Below, in pieces: positions 59,993 through 64,000 of a stretch of DNA of 64,000 nucleotides. The notes under the pieces were generated by a model that saw nothing but the letters and a program-made list of their open reading frames with translations, did not search any database and was not told the origin of the DNA. The stretch is from an uncultured delta proteobacterium (lineage in GTDB: Bacteria; Myxococcota_A; Polyangia; Polyangiales; Polyangiaceae). The position numbers and the translations under genes were made by a program. How positions within the stretch are numbered: the first letter of the stretch is position 1; each line of letters begins with the position of its first letter. Where the stretch lies: the NCBI GenBank assembly GCA_963696385.1, contig CAVOKF010000005.1, positions 864,001 to 928,000 of the forward strand. Reading direction: 5' to 3'.

Positions 59993-61198
59993 CTACAGCC
60001 ACTTGAACGCGTGCGTCGCAATTTCTTCGCCGATCGCAAGCGACGCGGTTGCAGCTGGCGAGGGAGCGTTCAGGACGTGGACCATGCGTTCGCCATGCCG
60101 GATCTCGAAGTCGTCGAGCAGCGCGCCGTCGCGGGTCACTGCCTGGGCGCGCACGCCGGCACCTCCGGGCGTCAAGTCGGACGCTTGAATCTCGGGGACG
60201 AGCCTCGCGCACGCCCGGGCAAACGCGCTCCGGCTGAGCGATCGCCATTGTTCCGACATCCCGGCTCGCCAATGCCGTCTCGCCATGCGCCAGAACCCGG
60301 GCCACGTCGCGACGTCCCAGGCGTCGCGCACGTCGAGGCTTGCACGGCCGTAGCCTTCGCGCGCCATCGCGAGCACCGCGTTTGGACCGGCCTCGACGCC
60401 GCCGCCGATCCGGCGCGTGAAGTGGACGCCGAGAAACGGAAACGACGGGTCGGGAACGGGATAGATCAGGTTTCGAACGAGGCGTTGACGATCGGGGGCG
60501 AGCATCCAATACTCGCCTCGGAACGGCAGAATCGCGACATCGATCGAGAGGCCTGCGAGCCGCGCGACGCGATCGCTTTCGAGACCGGCGCACGCCACGA
60601 GCACTCGGGCCTCGACCTCCAAGGCGGATGACGCGACGACGACACGCCCATTGAGCCGCTCGATCGCCGTCACCTGCGATCCCGTGTGCAGCGCGGCGCC
60701 GAGTCGCGCGAGCTCGGCCGCAACCGATCGCGCCACTTCGCGATAGTCCACGATTCCCGTGTCGGGGACGAAGAGCGCCTGCACCCCCGTCGCGTGCGGT
60801 TCATGCTCCCGGAGCTCGTCCGGGCCGAGGCGCCGAATCGCTGTGAGCCCGTTGGCCAGACCGCGTCGCTCGAGTTCCTCGAGACGCGGAACCTCCTCCG
60901 GTCCCACGGCCACCACGACTTTGCCGCATCGGTCGAATCGGACGTCGTGTTCTTCGCAGAATCGCTCGAGGAGCGCCCGACCGCGTGCGCACGTCCGGGC
61001 TTTGAGCGAGCCGGGCTTGTAATAGAGCCCCGCGTGGATGACCCCGCTGTTGCGGCCGGTCTGGTGAGTGGCGAGTGCGGGCTCCTTCTCGAGGACCACG
61101 ACCGACAAGCCAGGGCGAACTCGGAGCAGAGCCAGCGCCGTGGCCAGCCCGACGATTCCCCCGCCGATGACGACTGCGTCCGCACGAGTCACGCTCAC
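59993..61198 (-). CDS. lhgO: L-2-hydroxyglutarate oxidase
   Basis: GGGIVGLATA, HQTGRNSGVIHAGLYY.PGSLKA, FRGEY, IYPVPDP.FPFLGVHFT, GVRAQA and NAPSPAATASL. Confidence 0.92.
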   Translation of the reverse strand: MSVTRADAVVIGGGIVGLATALALLRVRPGLSVVVLEKEPALATHQTGRNSGVIHAGLYYKPGSLKARTCARGRALLERFCEEHDVRFDRCGKVVVAVGPEEVPRLEELERRGLANGLTAIRRLGPDELREHEPHATGVQALFVPDTGIVDYREVARSVAAELARLGAALHTGSQVTAIERLNGRVVVASSALEVEARVLVACAGLESDRVARLAGLSIDVAILPFRGEYWMLAPDRQRLVRNLIYPVPDPSFPFLGVHFTRRIGGGVEAGPNAVLAMAREGYGRASLDVRDAWDVATWPGFWRMARRHWRAGMSEQWRSLSRSAFARACARLVPEIQASDLTPGGAGVRAQAVTRDGALLDDFEIRHGERMVHVLNAPSPAATASLAIGEEIATHAFKWL

Positions 61199-61226
61199 GA
61201 GGATCGCACTATAAGCTTGTCGTCGA

Positions 61227-62495
61227 ATGTCGCACGAGCACAGCGCGTTTCGTTCCGTCCCGCGCACGGGGGTCATCTACGTAACGACGGAGGCCCAGCG
61301 TCGGGGGTTTTCGTCGGCGGATCCGGCGTGGTGCAACCTGGGCCAAGGACAGCCGGAAACCGGCGAGCTTCCTCTCGCGCCGCCCCGGGTCCGGCGCGTG
61401 GAGATTGCCGTCGACGATCAAGAGTACGCCCCCGTGACGGGTGTCTGGGAGCTGCGCGAAGCCGTCGCGTCGCTGTATAACGCGCTCTACCGTCGAGGGT
61501 TACGGTCTCAGTACTCGGCCGAGAATGTCTGCATCTCGGGCGGTGGCCGTGCCGCCCTGACAAGGGCCGCCGCCAGTCTCGGTCCCATCAACCTCGGCCA
61601 CTTTTTGCCCGATTACACGGCATACGAAGAGCTTCTCGACATATTCAAAGCGTTCACCGCCATTCCCATCCTGCTCGAAGGCGAGCGTGGCTACGCCTTC
61701 AGCACGGACGATCTTCGTCGCGAAATTCTGGGCCGCGGCTTCGGCGCGATCCTGATGAGTAACCCGTGCAATCCGACCGGCAAGCTCGTCGATGGCGAGG
61801 ATCTCGCGCGTTGGGTCGCGACGGCTCGCGAACTCGATTGCACGCTGCTGCTCGACGAGTTTTATTCACACTACGTGTATCGGTTCGCTTCCGGGCGGCT
61901 GCCGGTCGAGAGTGCGGCCCGATACGTCGAAGACGTCGACCGCGACCCCGTCGTCGTGTTCGACGGACTCACGAAGAACTGGCGTTACCCGGGATGGCGC
62001 GTCACCTGGACGCTTGCACCGAAGGACATCGTCGATGCGCTCGCTAGCGCCGGGTCGTTTCTCGATGGCGGCGGGAGCAAGCCGCTGCAGCGGGCCGCCG
62101 TGCCCTTGCTGGCCGAGGAGCATGTGGTCGCCGAGACGAAGGCGATCCAGAACGCCTTCCGAGCGAAACGCGATTACCTCTTGTCGCAGCTGGACCGGCT
62201 CGGGGTCCAGATCGATCGGGTGCCGGACGGGACCTTTTACGTCTGGGGGAACGTCGAGCGGCTGGCTCCGCCATTCAACGAGGGAATGGGATTCTTTCGA
62301 GCGGCGCTCGAGGAAAAGGTCATCGTCGTCCCGGGCGAATTTTTCGACGTCAATCCCGGCAAGCGGCGCCATGGGCGGGCGTCGCGCTTCCGGTCGTACG
62401 TGCGGTTTTCGTTCGGGCCCGCGATGCACGTGCTCGATGAAGCCGTAAAACGCATCGAGCGCATGCTCACATCCAGCGAACCGCCGCTCGCGTGA
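61227..62495 (+). CDS. PLP-dependent aminotransferase class I/II
   Basis: NLGQG.P, SNPCNPTG, LDEFY, GLTKNWRYPGWR (PLP Lys), GTFY and VRFSF. Confidence 0.92.
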   Translation: MSHEHSAFRSVPRTGVIYVTTEAQRRGFSSADPAWCNLGQGQPETGELPLAPPRVRRVEIAVDDQEYAPVTGVWELREAVASLYNALYRRGLRSQYSAENVCISGGGRAALTRAAASLGPINLGHFLPDYTAYEELLDIFKAFTAIPILLEGERGYAFSTDDLRREILGRGFGAILMSNPCNPTGKLVDGEDLARWVATARELDCTLLLDEFYSHYVYRFASGRLPVESAARYVEDVDRDPVVVFDGLTKNWRYPGWRVTWTLAPKDIVDALASAGSFLDGGGSKPLQRAAVPLLAEEHVVAETKAIQNAFRAKRDYLLSQLDRLGVQIDRVPDGTFYVWGNVERLAPPFNEGMGFFRAALEEKVIVVPGEFFDVNPGKRRHGRASRFRSYVRFSFGPAMHVLDEAVKRIERMLTSSEPPLA

Positions 62496-62521
62496 GCCCG
62501 ATTGGAAAGGCCGTACCCCCG

Positions 62522-64000
62522 TCACATCGAACGAGCCGCCGCGGCCACAGCGGCCGCCGTGATTCCGCGCTTCTCCATGATCACGTTGCCGGGTGCGCTG
62601 CTGCCAAACGCGTCGACGCCGATCGATCGCCCCGTCGGGCCGACGAATTTTTGCCACCCGAAGGTGACCCCCGCCTCGATGGACACCCGGCGTGTGCACG
62701 ACGGCGGCAGGACCTCGTCCTGGTACGCCCGCGTTTGGCGCTCGAAGCGCGTGAAGCACGGCAACGACACGACGCGCGTCCCAGCGCCTAGTTCGCGCGC
62801 CGCGGCGACGGCGTGCTGCACCTCGCTGCCCGTGCCAATGAGAAGGGTCTGGAGCGCGGCCGTCTCGCGCACGAGCACGTAGCCGCCACGGCGCGCGCCC
62901 TCGCGCTTGGCCTTGCCGTCGCCGGGTAGCATGGGCACGGCTTGTCGCGATAGCGCCAGCACCGTCGGCCCGTCCAGCCGCTCCATGGCCGCAGCCCACG
63001 CACCGGCCGTTTCCTCCGGGTCAGCGGGGCGGATCAGGTCCAAGTTCGGAATGACGCGAAGCCCCATGATGGTTTCGACCGGCTGGTGCGTCGGCCCGTC
63101 TTCACCCACGCCGATCGAATCGTGCGTGAAGACGTAAATGACCGGCAGATGCGACAGCGCAGCGAGGCGGATCGTCGGTCTCATGTAGTCGGCAAAAACG
63201 AGGAAGGTCGCTCCGTGCGCCCGCAGTCCGCCATGGTAGGCGATGCCGTTGAGCACGGCGCCCATGCCATGCTCCCGGATTCCGATGCGAATGTTGCGGC
63301 CGCTTCTGTGGTCCGCGTCGAAGTCGCCTCCGTCGGCGATGTAGTTGAAGGTCGAGCCGTACAAGTCCGCGCTGGCACCGATGAGCTCGGGCACCTGCGT
63401 GGCAACGGCCTGGAGCGCCGCTTCCCCCGCCTTTCGTGTTGCGATCTTGGCGTCGGCGGGGAAGATCGGAATTCGGTCAATGAGGTCGGCCGGTACGGTC
63501 TGCGCCAGGGCTCGGTCGAGAGCGCGAGCGCGGTCGGGGTCTTCGGCGCTCCACGCCTCGAAGCGGGTCTGCCACTGCGCATGCGCTTCGGAGAGCTTCA
63601 GTCGGTGGGCGGCAAAGAACGATCGCACTTCGTCGCTGACGAAGAACGTCTCGTTGGGCAGGCCGAGATGCTCCCGCGCTTGCGCGACGAACTTGACGCC
63701 CGCTTCGCCGTGGGCCTTCTGCGTTCCGGCGACCTCGGGGATGCCACGACCGATGAGCGTTCGCGCGACGACGAACCGCGGACGTCCACTCTTCGATGCC
63801 TTGGCACGCAAGAGCCCCGCGTGCACTTCGCGCAGATCGTTGCCGTGATCGATGCGCGTCACCTCGAAGCCGTACGCCTCGTACCGCCGGGCGGTGTCCT
63901 CGCTTTGAGATTTAACCGCCATCGCGTCGAGCGTCACATCGTTCGAGTCGTAAATGATGATCAGGTTGTCGAGTCGAAGATGCCCTGCCAGCGCGGACGC
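62522..64000 (-). CDS. tkt: Transketolase (5' part outside the window)
   Basis: IYDSNDVTLD, KAHG, ATRKA, SADL, GIREHGM, FADYMR, THDSIGVGEDGPTHQP and GTGSEV. Confidence 0.96.
   Translation of the reverse strand, partial: ASALAGHLRLDNLIIIYDSNDVTLDAMAVKSQSEDTARRYEAYGFEVTRIDHGNDLREVHAGLLRAKASKSGRPRFVVARTLIGRGIPEVAGTQKAHGEAGVKFVAQAREHLGLPNETFFVSDEVRSFFAAHRLKLSEAHAQWQTRFEAWSAEDPDRARALDRALAQTVPADLIDRIPIFPADAKIATRKAGEAALQAVATQVPELIGASADLYGSTFNYIADGGDFDADHRSGRNIRIGIREHGMGAVLNGIAYHGGLRAHGATFLVFADYMRPTIRLAALSHLPVIYVFTHDSIGVGEDGPTHQPVETIMGLRVIPNLDLIRPADPEETAGAWAAAMERLDGPTVLALSRQAVPMLPGDGKAKREGARRGGYVLVRETAALQTLLIGTGSEVQHAVAAARELGAGTRVVSLPCFTRFERQTRAYQDEVLPPSCTRRVSIEAGVTFGWQKFVGPTGRSIGVDAFGSSAPGNVIMEKRGITAAAVAAAARSM

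Overview
GC-rich bacterial chromosome segment. The many Hanks-type Ser/Thr kinases, FHA/PP2C/VWA proteins and a proline-rich TonB-type protein suggest Myxococcota, probably Polyangiaceae-like (inference). About 57 CDS are supported. Housekeeping genes: pheT, rlmE, stand-alone rplC and rplS, rplM-rpsI-surA, tatA, cyoE, and tkt (partial). Clusters: a MoxR/DUF58/Bat operon split by an inverted atypical histidine kinase; a coupled rlmE -> kinase-STAND-TPR -> LRR-lipoprotein unit; an FHA -> VWA-TM-FHA -> PP2C-TM module; larBC; a halogenase-like flavoprotein; and a GT2/ATP-grasp/methyltransferase/TauE operon. No rRNA, tRNA, CRISPR array, integrase or transposase was recognised. Non-coding highlights: a hairpin-dense ~220-bp element with imperfect terminal inverted repeats ending on the rplC stop codon, a decayed ~120-bp tandem copy of the cyoE 3' end, a 15-nt-period repeat found twice, and three sigma70-type promoters before ribosomal genes. 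Three genes carry single-base frameshifts that look like read errors; two share the same ACGATCT->ACGATTCT change. All calls were made by eye from motifs; no database search or folding computation was run.
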